Below, one piece after another: positions 52,539-64,000 of a stretch of 64,000 bases of DNA (position 1 is its first letter; every line of letters starts with the position of its first letter). The position numbers were made by a program, and so were the translations under genes. Source of the stretch: Centroscyllium fabricii (Eukaryota); assembly GCA_051313645.2 (NCBI GenBank), contig JBNRSN020000002.1:166904001-166968000 (forward strand). Direction: 5' to 3'. The notes beneath the pieces are model-generated. The model had not been told where the DNA came from. It saw only the letters and a program-made list of their open reading frames with translations, and ran no database searches.

Positions 52539-52769
52539 CTGTCAAAAAATATGAATCTTTTAACTGAAAACCCAAATGCATATTGCTCAAGGAAATTGCA
52601 TCATTATGTAATTCATTGTGTATAAATAAATGGTACACAGTCACTGCTTGACGTTTCCACGCGTCCGTTTATCCCTCTATTTTGTCAGTAGCGGTAACAA
52701 TTTGCATTTTGAACCTTTAATGTTCACAGAGACAAAAAAAATAACTGGCCACTAAATACTGGTGGGTGA

Positions 52770-53055
52770 AGGATTAGAGGTGGTGATGGAAAGCAAGATC
52801 AAAGAGGTCAGTTTTAAAGAGGCTGCTGAAGGTGGTGAGAGATAGCAGGGCAGAGGTTTCTAGGAAGTACGTTCCAGGGTGTTGGGCCGAGGCAGAGGGG
52901 GCAATACAAAGTGGTCCAAAATTGGGAGCGATGGGCACATGCTGGTACATGGGCTGAAGGAGGTTACAGTGGTAGGGAGAGGCAAGGTCTTGGGGGGACA
53001 AACAATTTGAAGTCTCTACATTGAAGGGTGGGGAAACCAATGAGGTCACCAAGTG
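52770..53055 (-). mobile_element. Decayed L2 3' fragment
   Basis: FSSLFKTDLFDLAF-type C-terminal remnant. Confidence 0.5.
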
Positions 53056-54072
53056 TCAGGAGATAGACAAGCAGAACAGGGGGCCAAAGCTAAAGCAGTG
53101 CCTGGGAAACCATGACCAGTCAAGTGGGATTTCATTTGCACAGCTGTTTGCTTGCACCTGCTGCCATCCGCCCACCAATCCACCTCACCCCAGAGAAACC
53201 CTCGAATTCCTCAAGCAACGTAAAGAGAGTGGTGGAATGTGTGTCTGTCTCTTTTTCCTTTGCACCTAGGAAATGAGCAAGTGGAAAATTGGACTTTAGG
53301 TCTATAAAGGTACTGAAATCAGTCTCAAAGGGGAGCCATTTGCACGGGCTTCATGGTATATGGCTTACTTAATCTTTAGGAAACTAATGATGGCACATTA
53401 TATTAGATGATGTGGTGTTTGAGCTAGTTTGAGGTACCGTACTTTGTAAACAAAGAATATGGCCGAGAATTTGGTCTGCACAGCACCTACTTTTTAGTTC
53501 CCAATATAGTAGTCAGGTAGCGTGCGCACATTTCCAGCTGGAAGTGCACTGCCTGTCATATTGGGCAAGTACAGAAAATATGTGTTCTTTACCCGCACCA
53601 GAAACAGGCATTACCCCCTTTGCATATGCAAATAAGGGGCTTAATGACTGTTTTAGGCCCCTTCTCCAAGACTGGTTTGCCCTGAGGCAGCCAGAGCCAG
53701 CTGTACTCAGGGAAATCAGGCCTAGCTATTGCCTGCTAGGCCCAACCAAGAAGGTAAGTGACTTACCCGAATATGGAGCCAAGAGCAGAAATGCTCTCAA
53801 CCCCACATTAAAGGAATTGATAGCCACCGCTCCCTCTCAGTACTGCCACATTCTGCTCCCACCTCCCAAATCACCGCTGCTCCCCCTGATCCTAGCCCCC
53901 AACCCAAACCCAACTCCAGTCCCTGAGGGCCGTTGTGACACTAGCAGTAGCTCAAACTTGCACTCCTCGTCACTGGCAGGGTCTCAGTCAGTTCCATTAA
54001 AATGAGGCCAGAGGCATATGTATCTGAACTCAATGCACGCACACATGCACGCCCACACACAGATATACTCAC

Positions 54073-54402
54073 TGTAAGAATATCATATTCCCCAGCTGCA
54101 GAAAACTTCTTGGATGAGACAACGCCAGTTTTAGGCTCAATGAAGAACTTGCCCTGTTCATCTCCCTCTTCAATGCTGTAAGATATCTCTGCATTTGGAC
54201 CCTCATCTTTATCAGAAGCGATGACTCTAAAGATGGGTTCCCGTTTAACAGATTTCTCTCGTTCTGGTTTAATTCGCTCTGGAAGTTTGATTTTATAGAA
54301 CTTCTGCAAGAACTGAGGTTTGTTGTCATTTTCATCCAAAACCTTCACTATAACTCGAACAATGGTAGATTTTGGGGTGCTGCCATTGTCAGTAACTGTC
54401 AC
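54073..54402 (-). CDS. FAT1: Protocadherin FAT1 exon (human exon 5 equivalent), cadherin repeats
   Basis: [42 protein letters not shown]...AAGEYDILT closely matches FAT1 as recalled; cag acceptor, gtgagt donor; 330 nt, phase 0/0. Confidence 0.95.
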
Positions 54403-54437
54403 CTGTTGAAACAGCAGGAAAAACAAAACACGTTATG

Positions 54438-54943
54438 CAGGAAACTCTTATTTAAACGGCTCCTAAATATCCGGAATTATCTGTTAACCGGCAAAATTCT
54501 CATCCGAAAACAACACCTCAATAACCGACAGTGTTGCCGAGTCAGGGTCTCCTGTGGTGGCTGAGTTAATCAGTGGGGGTAGTTCTCCAAACTCGGTTTC
54601 TTGGCGCTGTTGGGAGTCAGAACACCTCAATACACCTGTAACAGGAGTCTGGCTCTCCCGCCCTGCCGGTAGTCTCTTCTGATCTGCCATTTTACACTGC
54701 TGGTAGTCATTGTATTGCATTACCCTCAACTGGCAGTACTGTACTTAATCAAGCATCTTCCACCATCCATTTAACACAACATTCTGTAGGTGAGTACCCA
54801 ATTGATCTATACAGCACATTTCTTGATTTTTTAATTTTTCTTTGTTATAAATAGCCTCGGTAGATAACCCTCTCTGCCATCCGAAATTTTTGATCAACTG
54901 GCAACATGCCGGTCCCATTGGTGCCGGATACCAGAGTTTCCTG
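54438..54943. mobile_element. Tigger-like MITE 35 bp from a FAT1 splice acceptor
   Basis: TG|CAGGAAACTC...GAGTTTCCTG|TA. Confidence 0.7.
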
Positions 54944-55606
54944 TAGTAAGTACAGGTATTTGTTACAAAATGCATTTTAAAGCACCCAGTTTTATAATAG
55001 AATCCATCTCCCCCCCCCACTCAGTAAGTGGAAGAAAATATACTCATAGGTCTAAAATAAAGGTATTTATTGCCGGACCAAAAAAACATTTTTCTTATTT
55101 TTGCTTTACTGTAAGCAATTTGTGGCCAGTAATTTCACAATCTTGCAGCATTTGTATATTGGAAGAAAGGTGGAAAAGGGAAAGGCAATTCAGAGCACAA
55201 CCCCTATAGCTTAGGCACATAAACCGGGGGGATTTCAGGTTTTAATGGACCTTAAAAGGGAGTTCCACACTATAAAGACCTTACCATACCTGACCTGGGA
55301 GTCCGTGATGCTGATGTTAGGAGATGCAAGCGCTAATAAGTGATTCATGCCCCAACACTGATATCTCTTGCCTTAATGAGCACAAGATTTAATGACAAAA
55401 AAATCTAATTCAGTTTAAAAAGCTGTAAATGATATACCTAGTTCATAGCTAGGAGTGATTTTCACCCATGCCAAATATTGGCTTTAGTTCTTGAACAACA
55501 AACTAACATAAAGATGCTATCTTCTGAAAAGCAAGCACTATTCTGGTGACCAGTTTAGTTTCACTGCATACAATCCATTGGAAAACAAATATACACTAGT
55601 TCTATA

Positions 55607-55740
55607 GCAAAATACTGCGGATGCTGGAAATCCGAAATAACAACAGAAAACGCTGGAAAAACTCAGCAGGCCAGGGCAGCATCCATGGAGAGAGAAACGG
55701 AGTTAACCTTTAAGGTCGAAGACACTTCGTCAGAACTGGA
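55607..55740 (-). mobile_element. Penelope-like terminal-repeat fragment with mutated hammerhead
   Basis: Minus strand CTGACGA-agtgtc ttc gacct-TAAA-ggttaac, followed by the gatgctgcc...gctgagttt block. Confidence 0.7.
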
Positions 55741-57380
55741 AAATACACAAGTTCTATTCGTCCTCATTAATCCGATCACAACTTCTCAACACCTGACACC
55801 AATTTTCATTCCTGTTTTTGGGTAGGACTGGGGTGGTACTGCGTTCATAATTAGAGTGCAGAACCTAGCGCCCCAATTCTGCTGCTGTTGTGCCTGCCTT
55901 CAGATAGGCGGGCAAGGCTCCCGTCGAAAACAGGAAGGACCTTCATTATATGATGCAAATCAGGGTCTTATGATGTCAACAGGATCCCAATTCAATTTGG
56001 ATGTCACAATGAGAGTGCATGCTCTACACGGTACTGCTGCCTAACCAACTGTCCTTAAAAGAGCCGCTGGAGGCTGATTCCAAAATAAGGCAGGTCGGTT
56101 TTCTGGTGATTCTGGCTTGGAGGAGCATTAATGCTTGCCTAGCCCCACAACATTTCGACTGCTCCAACGCCTGACTCTCCACAGCCCATTCCAGGGATTG
56201 CCTCCCCCACTCTTTTAATCAGAAAATGCCAACTTGGCTTCGTGGAGGAACCACTGGATCTATCCCACACCATCAGCGAGCTGCTTGTCAGCACCTTAAA
56301 CATGTGGGCATACTAAAATATTGGGCTGGTCACAAAAATGGTTTTGGCCTCGTGCTGGTGTTGGTTGCTCTGCCTAGCGCCTGCGCAATGTGCACCACAC
56401 ATGAAAAACTAACCCCGCCTGTATTTTATCAACTGCAGATAAGGGGGGGGGGGAACTCCTGCCTTCATTATTTATACTGGAAAAATTGGTATGACTAAAA
56501 AGTGGTGTTCCATGCTTCAAACTTCAGTAAAATTAGCAAAGATTGGAATTTTACCTACTGCAGCTTATTTGCTCATATCAAAAGACAGCTGCTTTGGGTG
56601 TCTGCCAACAACTGAGACTATAAAACAAGCACTTTAGATCTTACTGCATACTGCTGATTGAAATGACTGAACTCTAATTGTGGCATAAATGAGTATTAAT
56701 TAAATTGCATTTTATATATTTCAACTTAAATTAATGTAACAGTTTGAAAACAAGAACTGAAACTTACACCAGCAGTTACATCTGCCAATGACACTGGAGG
56801 AATAACAGTGATATTTTCCATCAGAGATCTCTGTTCAAAGCAACTATTTAATTGTGAGCAGACAGACTGAAAATAATACAAAGAGAATAAAAAAAACTAT
56901 TGCTGCTAAAAATTGAAACAAAAACAGAAAGTGTATGTTACATACAGATCAATCAGCATCTGACTGAAGATAGTTGATAATTCTGAGCAGAGACTCTTGG
57001 CCAAATGAAGGGTCTCCACCCTTCATTTTTCAGGTACTGATGAATCTGTACTTCCATTTTCATTGCAGATGAAATAACTAAAACTTCAAATAATGTTTTA
57101 CGCAGCAAATTTCTTGGATTTAATTTCAGTTTAATTGAAGGGTTTCAGGACCAGTCTGCACATATTGAATCCAACTGTCAACAGCTTCTGTGCATTCTAC
57201 ACTCTGCAATACCCAAGAGCTCTCAAGAATATAGAACAGAAGAACCTAAGAAATCGGAGCAGGAGTCGGCCATTTGGACCTTCGATCCTGCTCCGCCATT
57301 CAATAAGGTCATGGCTGATCTTCTACCTCATCGCCACTTTCCTCAACGATCCCCATATCCCCAAAATCTATCGATCTCTG

Positions 57381-58570
57381 CAGGGTGCTACGACAAGTGG
57401 ATTTCTAAAATACTTGCCCGAACACATATTTTACTTGCCCAAAATTTTTTAAGAAATAAAGATTGGACATTTTTATTAAAATGCTTCAATATAAAGCCAT
57501 AGATTGTGATTGTGCCTTTAGTTGCATTGGCCCGGTTCCTACCCCTCTCTGCCAGGGTCTCTCTCTCTCTCTCCCTAACATTCTTCCCTCATTTACCAAA
57601 CTTTCTGTGAAGCCTCCGCAGGCTCCCTCACTCTCTCTCTCCCCGCCTACCTTCGTCCAGCAGCCGCTCTGGTTTTTTCTCTCCTCCTCAGCGGGTCGAC
57701 GGCACCGACCCACCCCTGCCGTGCGCCACCAGCCCGCTCCACCTAACCCAACTGCTGCCCCGTCCCCTGATTGACACGCCACCTCCTGCAATCCCCGCTG
57801 TGCTGCCCGGCCCCGCTGGCCAATCCGCACCCGCCTCCAGGGCGGGTTCTACCGCCCGTGGCCTCGATCATAGAGCGGGCAAGCGGTATTATCGCGCCCT
57901 GGACTGTCCCAGGATTTGGTCTCTGGGTGCCAGTGTCCCTGGATTTGGTCTCTGGAAGTCAGTCAGTGTTCCTGGATTCGGTGTCAGTGTCCCTGGATTC
58001 GGTCTCTGGGTGTCAGTGATCCTGAACCTCACGAAGCGATTGAACCCAGTGTTCGGACACTCCCAGCTGCCTGGAGGAGCAGGAATTCCAGCGTCTCTCA
58101 AAGGGTCCCAACTCGAGACGTCGACTCCACACCTCTCTTCTGCGATGCTGCCCGGCCCACCGAGCCCCCCCCCCCCCCCCCCCCCCCACCCACCCAGGAT
58201 GCTGCCTGGCCCGCCACCACCCCTCGGATGCTGGCCGCCCCGCCGAGCCGCACCCCCCCATCCCCAGATGCTGCCCAGCCTGCCGAGCCCACCCCCCGAG
58301 TACTTTCTGCCTTTGTTACTGACCCACTGTTGCCGCGTTCTACCAGCCCGCTCCAACTAACCTGATTGCTGCCCTGTCCCCTGATTGACACACCGCCGCC
58401 TCCTCCAATGCCTGCCGCGCCGCCTGCCCCCCCAACCCCTGGCCAATCCACTCCCCCCCCCCTCCAGGGCGGGATCAACCGCACTTGCCCGTTTGGGCAA
58501 GTCCGATTTTGTTTTGCTTGCCCATCGGCGCATTTTGCTTGTCCCGGGCAAGTGGTTTTGTCGCGCCCTG
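57381..58570. mobile_element. Non-autonomous hAT-like DNA transposon inside the CR1 3' end
   Basis: CAGGG...CCCTG ends, subterminal ACTTGCCC repeats, ctctg duplicated on both sides, internal tandem repeats near 57900-58020. Confidence 0.75.
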
Positions 58571-59700
58571 CTCTGTCTTAAATATACTCAACGACTGAGC
58601 CGCCACAGCCCTCTGGGGTAGAGAATTCACCAATGATTCACCGCCCTCTGAGTGAAGAAATTTCCCCTCACTTCAGTCCTAAATGGCCGACCCCTTATTC
58701 TGAGACTCTGACCCCTGGTTCTAGACTCTCCAGCCAGGGGAAACATGCTCCCTGCATCTACCCTGTCAAGTCCTGGAAGAATTTTATATGTTTCAATGAG
58801 ATCACCTCTCCTCTCATTCTTCCAAGCTCGAGCGAATATAGGCCTAGTCTACTCAATCTCTCGTCATAGGACAATCCCACCCATCCCAGAAACCAGTCTG
58901 GTGAACCTTTGTTGCACTCCCTCTATGACAAGTTTATCCTTCCTTAGATAAGGAGACCAAAACTGTACACAATACTCCTGGTGTTACCTCACCAGAGCCC
59001 AATTGCAGTAAGATATCTTTACTCTTATACTCAAATCCTCTTGTAATAAAGGCCAACATTCCATTTGCTTTCCTAATTGCTTGCTGTACCTGCATGTAAA
59101 CGTTCAGTGATTCGTGTACAGGGACACCCAGGTCCCTCTGAACACCAACATTTCCCAATCTCTCACCATTTAAAATACTGTTTTACTATTTTTCAAACCA
59201 AAGTGGATAACTTCACATTTCTCCACATTATATTCCATTTGCCATGTTCTTGCCCACTCACTTAGCCTGTCTATATCCACCTGAAGCATCCTTGCATCCT
59301 CCTCACAACTAACAATCCAACCCAGCTTTGAATCATCAGCAAACTTGTATACATTACATTTGGTCCCCTCATCCAAATCATTGATGTAGATTATGAATAG
59401 CTGAGGCCCAAGCTCTGATCCTTATGGTACTCCACTAGTTACAGCCTGCCAACCTGAAAATGACCCGTTTATTCCTACTCTGTTTTTTGTCCATTAACCA
59501 ATCCATGCTAGTATATTACCCCCAATCCTATGTGCCCTAATTTTGTTTAATAAACTCTTGTGTGGCACCTTATCGAATGCCTTCTGAAAATCTAAATACA
59601 CTACATCCACTGATTTCCTCTTATCTATTCGGCTAGTTACCTCAAAAATCTCTAACAGATTTGTCAAACACAATTTCCCTTTCATAAATCCATGTTGACT

Positions 59701-59765
59701 CCGCTTCTCTCTCCACCGATGCTGCCTGGCCTGCTGAGTTTCTCCAGCGTTTTCGGTTGTTATTT
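59701..59765 (+). mobile_element. Short Penelope-like fragment inserted in CR1 RT
   Basis: Flanked by ttgact duplication; same sequence as reverse complement of 55630-55700. Confidence 0.75.
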
Positions 59766-60166
59766 TTGACTGCCCAATCCTGTTATTATTTTCTAAGTGC
59801 CCTGTTACCACATCCTTAATAGATTCTAGCATTTTCCCCACTACTGATATCAGGCTAACTGGTCTGTAATTGCCCGCTTTCTCTCTCCTTCCTTTCTTAA
59901 ATAGTGGGGTTACATTTGCCAACCTTCCAATCTGCGGGATCAGTTCTTAAATCTATGGAAATTTGGAAAATGACACCACTTTCAAAACCCTAGGATGTAG
60001 GTCACCAGGTCCAGGGGATTTATCGGCTTTCAGTCCCATTAATTTCTCCAGTAATATTTTTTTTACTATTACTAATTTCTTACAGTTCCTCATTCTCACT
60101 AAACCCTTGGTTCTCCACTATTTCCGGGAAGTTTTTTGCGTCTTCTTCCGTGAAGACAGACACTAA

Positions 60167-60998
60167 GGGGTCAATTTTCCTCAAGTTGTGGGGAATTGGT
60201 GGGTTCCCTGCTGATCACTTTTTCTTCCCGCTTTCTGAAGGGTGTGGAAGCCCCGTGCAATTTTGGCTCAATTGGCCAATTACATCCCCAAGTGTGGGAA
60301 GCCCCTGCCAATTATTGATTGATTTTAGATAGAAAGCCAGCGGGGTTCCCAAGGTGTAACCAGCAGAGCCCATGATTGACAGCTGTAAGTGGTCTGCTCT
60401 GTTTCTTTCTGTGGTTTCAGTGCATTGTGACATCACAATCCACTGTCAACAGAAACTAACTGCAAGTCGATGATTGACAGCTCTAAGTGGTTTGTTTCAC
60501 TGGCAAGCTCCTGACAGCTAGGGAACGCTCATCTGTCAATCACTAGAAAGCAGCTGGAAGCTAAGTTTTTGAAAGGTTTATTCCCACTAATCTTGGGCAC
60601 CCCAGGGAGACAGTGAGACCTCCAGCATGCTGGGGGCCAGGAACCCATTCTGCTACAGGTGCTTCAATGCCTTGAAGGTGAAAGTCAGCAAACCGAATGT
60701 GTACCCGCTAGGTTTCCCCGGCAGGGTTTCCAGCTGGTGGGTTTTGCATGGGAAAAGGCGGAAAATTGCTAGGGGCACTTAAAATGGCATTATATATGCC
60801 AATTAAGGGCCCCTAATGAGCCTAACAACCACCCTCACTGATGCCGGGCGCGACTGAAGCGGTCTGATCGGACCTGCCGGCCTGAAACTGACAAGCTGGC
60901 GAGAAAGCGGCAGGAGAGGTCGCGACTCCCCCGTTTTAGCGATTTTCCCTCCCCAGCTGCCGAAAAAGCCGTCTGTCGGCTCCAGGAAAATTGACCCC
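60167..60998. mobile_element. Harbinger-like MITE inserted in CR1 ORF2
   Basis: Perfect TIR GGGGTCAATTTTCCT; CR1 sequence resumes on both flanks. Confidence 0.82.
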
Positions 60999-63900
60999 AT
61001 AGTATTTGTTTAATTTCCATACCATTTCCTCATTCCCCATTATAATTTCTCCTGTCTCAGCCTGTAAGGGACCCACATTTACTTTTGCTAATCTTTTCCT
61101 ATTTACATACCTATAGAAGCATTTACAGTCTGTTTTTATGTCTTTCACTAGTTTACTCTCATTCTATTTTCCCTTTCTTTATCCTCCTTTGTTGAATTCT
61201 AAAATCCTCCTAATTGTCAGGCTTACTACTCTTTTTGGCAACATTATAAACCCTTTCCTTTGATCTAATACTATCTTTAATTTCTCCTTAACCACGGTTG
61301 GACCACTTTTCCTGTGGGGTTTTTGTGCCTTAAAGGAATGTATATTTGTTGTAAATTATGTATTAATTCTTTAAATGCAAGCCATTGCTTCTCTACCATT
61401 ATACCTTTTAATGTCATTTCCCAATCTACCTTAGGCAACTCGCCCCTCATACCTACGTAGTTTGCTTTGTTTAGATTTAAGATCCCAGTTTCGGATTTAA
61501 CTAAATCACTTTCAAACTCAATATAAAATTTCATCATATTATGGTCACTCTTCCCTAAAGACCCCTTTACTACAAGGTTATTAATTAACCCTTTCTCATT
61601 GCTCAATGCTAGATCTAAAATAGCCTGTTCAGACATTGTTTCCTCAGCATACTGATCTAGAAAACTACCTTGTATACTTTCCAAGAATTTGTCCTCCATA
61701 CTATTACTGCAAATTTGGTTTGCCCAGTCTATATGTAGATTAAAGTCCATGATTACTGCATTACCCTTGTTATATGCACCTCTAATTTCCTGATTTATAC
61801 TCTGCTCTACATTACAATTACTATTTGGGGGCCTATAAACAACTCCCAGCAATGATTTTTGCCCCTTGCTGTTTCTTAGCTCCACCCAAACTGATCTACT
61901 TCTTGATTTTCAGAGCCAAGATCCTTTCTCTCCACTGTCTGTATCCCATCCTTTATCAGGGCTACCCCACCCCCTTTTCCATTTTGCCTATCTCTTCCAA
62001 AAGTTAAGTATCGATAATATTTAGTTCCCAACCGTGGCCACTTTGCAACCACGTCTCCATTATGGCGACTAGATCAAACCTGTGAATTTCTATCTGCGCT
62101 ATTAATTCATCTATTTTGTTGCGAATACTTCACGCATTCAGATATAGTATGAACTATTTCAATTTTCCCCCTGATGTCAGCTTAGTCACTGATGCCTTAT
62201 TACCTTTGTTACTCTCTCTGTCCCTTCCTGGCCCACTCTGCTTATTTTTACCCAAAACTCTACACTGCCTTGACATTTCTCTCGCTGCTTTGAAATTTAC
62301 TTCCTGAATCCTCCCACCCCCACTTCATTAGTTTAAAGCCCTGTCTACTGCCCTAGTTATTCAGTTTGCCAGGACTCTGGTCCCAGCCCGGTTTAAGTGG
62401 AGCCCATCCCAATGGAAAAGCTCCCTCTTTCCCCAGTACTGGTGCCAGTGCCCCATGAACTGAAACCCCTTCCTCCCACACCACTTTCAGCCACGCATTT
62501 AAACCTCTAATTTGTTCGTCCCAATGCCAATTTGCGTGTGGCGCAGGTAACAATCCAGAGATTATTGCCTTTTGAGGTTCTGCTTTTTAATTTGGATCTT
62601 AGCTCCTCAAACTCCCTCAGCAGAACTTCATTCCTAGTTCTAACTATGTCGTTGGTTCCTACGTGGACCACAACAACTGGGTCCGGGTCCTCCCACTCCA
62701 AGTTCTTCTCCAGCCTCGAGGAGATGTCTTTAACCCGGGTACCGGGCAGGCAACAGTACCTTCGGAACTCTCGGTCGCAGCTGCAGAGAACAGTATCAAT
62801 CGCCCTGATTATACTGTCCCCTACCACAAATACATTCCCTTTCAATACCCCCACTTAAATGGCCTCCTGAACTGTGGTGCCATGGTCAGTTTGTTTATCC
62901 ATCCCGCAGGCTTTTCCCTCATCCACACAGGCAGCAAGAACCTCACACCTGTTGGACAAGGGCAAAGGCCGAGTCTCCTCCAGCACTGCACCTGGGGTCC
63001 CCTTATCTGCCTGAGTTGCAGTCACACCCTCCTGTCCTGACCACTAACCAGACCTGTACCACTACCTAACCTAAGGGGTGTGACTGCCTCCTGGATCAAA
63101 GTGTCCACGTAACTCTCTCCCCCCCCCCCCCCACCCCCCCCACCCCCCCCACCCCCGGTACCCTGTAATGTCTGCACCTCAGACTCCAGTTCAAAAACTC
63201 TGAGCTGAAGTTCCTCAAGGTGCAAGCACTTATTGTAAATGTGGTTGTCCAGCATCACAATGTTCTCCACAAACTCCCACATGCTGCAGTTGCGGCACAC
63301 CACCTGCACGGCCATCCCTGTATGACCTTGTTTTATTGAATTAAACTTGTAATTAGGTAACTTAGTTTACAGTGTAGTTTCTTGACTAGTTACTTGATCT
63401 AGATTAAGTTAAAGGTACTGCAATTAAATATCTACCTGTAACACAAAGCACTACAAGTAGTGTAGGCAAAAAGTTACAACTCTTACCCCCTCGTCTCTGA
63501 ATTTCCACTCTTCCCAAATTCTCAAACAAAACACTCTGTTCAAGTCCACTCCATTTAAGACCGCTCTGTGCAAACCGCTCTGTCTTCTGCAGAAATGCTT
63601 ACTTTTATACTTCAAAAATGTAATGTTTTTCATTTCCAGACACAAAGGCATTCAGGGCATTTTTCAATTTACACTCAAAGGAGGTTGACTTTTCTTCTCC
63701 TTTAATCCTTCTGCCTAACTCCCACCCCGGTCAAGCCACGTGTTGTGGCGGCACGCCCACTGGGACACCGAATCCGCCACGGGAACTCCGCGGAGCAGAG
63801 CCCCGCTCATCCGGGTGACGCGATGATGTCACCACGTCTGCCGGCGCGCTGACGTCACCAACGGCGGGCAGTTTAAATATGCTTGTTGCGAGTGGTTCAC

Positions 63901-64000
63901 TCTCTTTCCTGTTTAACTCTTATGCCTTAAACTAGTGTTTTCTCTAGCTCTCTGGCTCACGTGTGGTTTCTAGGCCTGGCTGGCGCTACAGTGTTCTATT

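Larger units (their letters stand above)
57235..63330 (-). mobile_element. Second, decayed near-full-length CR1 LINE with nested insertions
   Basis: ORF1 zinc finger (63022-63315) and esterase (62507-62854: VGDS, HVGTND); APE (61277-61885); RT pieces 58934-59922; 3' tail near 57240. Confidence 0.93.

Noticed and set aside
57486-58621. Pro/Gly-rich ORFs
   Set aside because: Low-complexity interior of a non-autonomous transposon with poly-C runs
54405-64000. Upstream constitutive FAT1 exons
   Set aside because: No cadherin-coding sequence found; they probably lie beyond the window

Overview
Eukaryotic DNA, most likely from a cartilaginous fish (shark-type CR1 LINEs, V-SINEs and a DeuSINE). 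The window lies inside a protocadherin FAT1 gene on the minus strand. Eleven coding exons (54402 down to 5287, 6429 nt, 2143 codons, all GT-AG, phases chain without a break) encode extracellular cadherin repeats; the rest of the gene is outside the window. The introns are dense with mobile DNA. The most notable element is a near-intact full-length CR1 LINE (36753-43028, antisense to FAT1). Its 5' end is six 330-bp promoter-like monomers in strict ABABAB order, and its ORF1/ORF2 junction carries a U_UUA_AAC -1 frameshift-type heptamer that is also present in a second, decayed CR1. Also present: TA-flanked MITEs rich in NRF1/YY1-like motifs, a 32-bp GC minisatellite inside a MITE, Penelope-like hammerhead remnants, SINEs with two alternative LINE tails, a degenerate partial copy of a FAT1 exon and two candidate cassette exons. 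Family names and human exon numbers are from recall, not from database searches.
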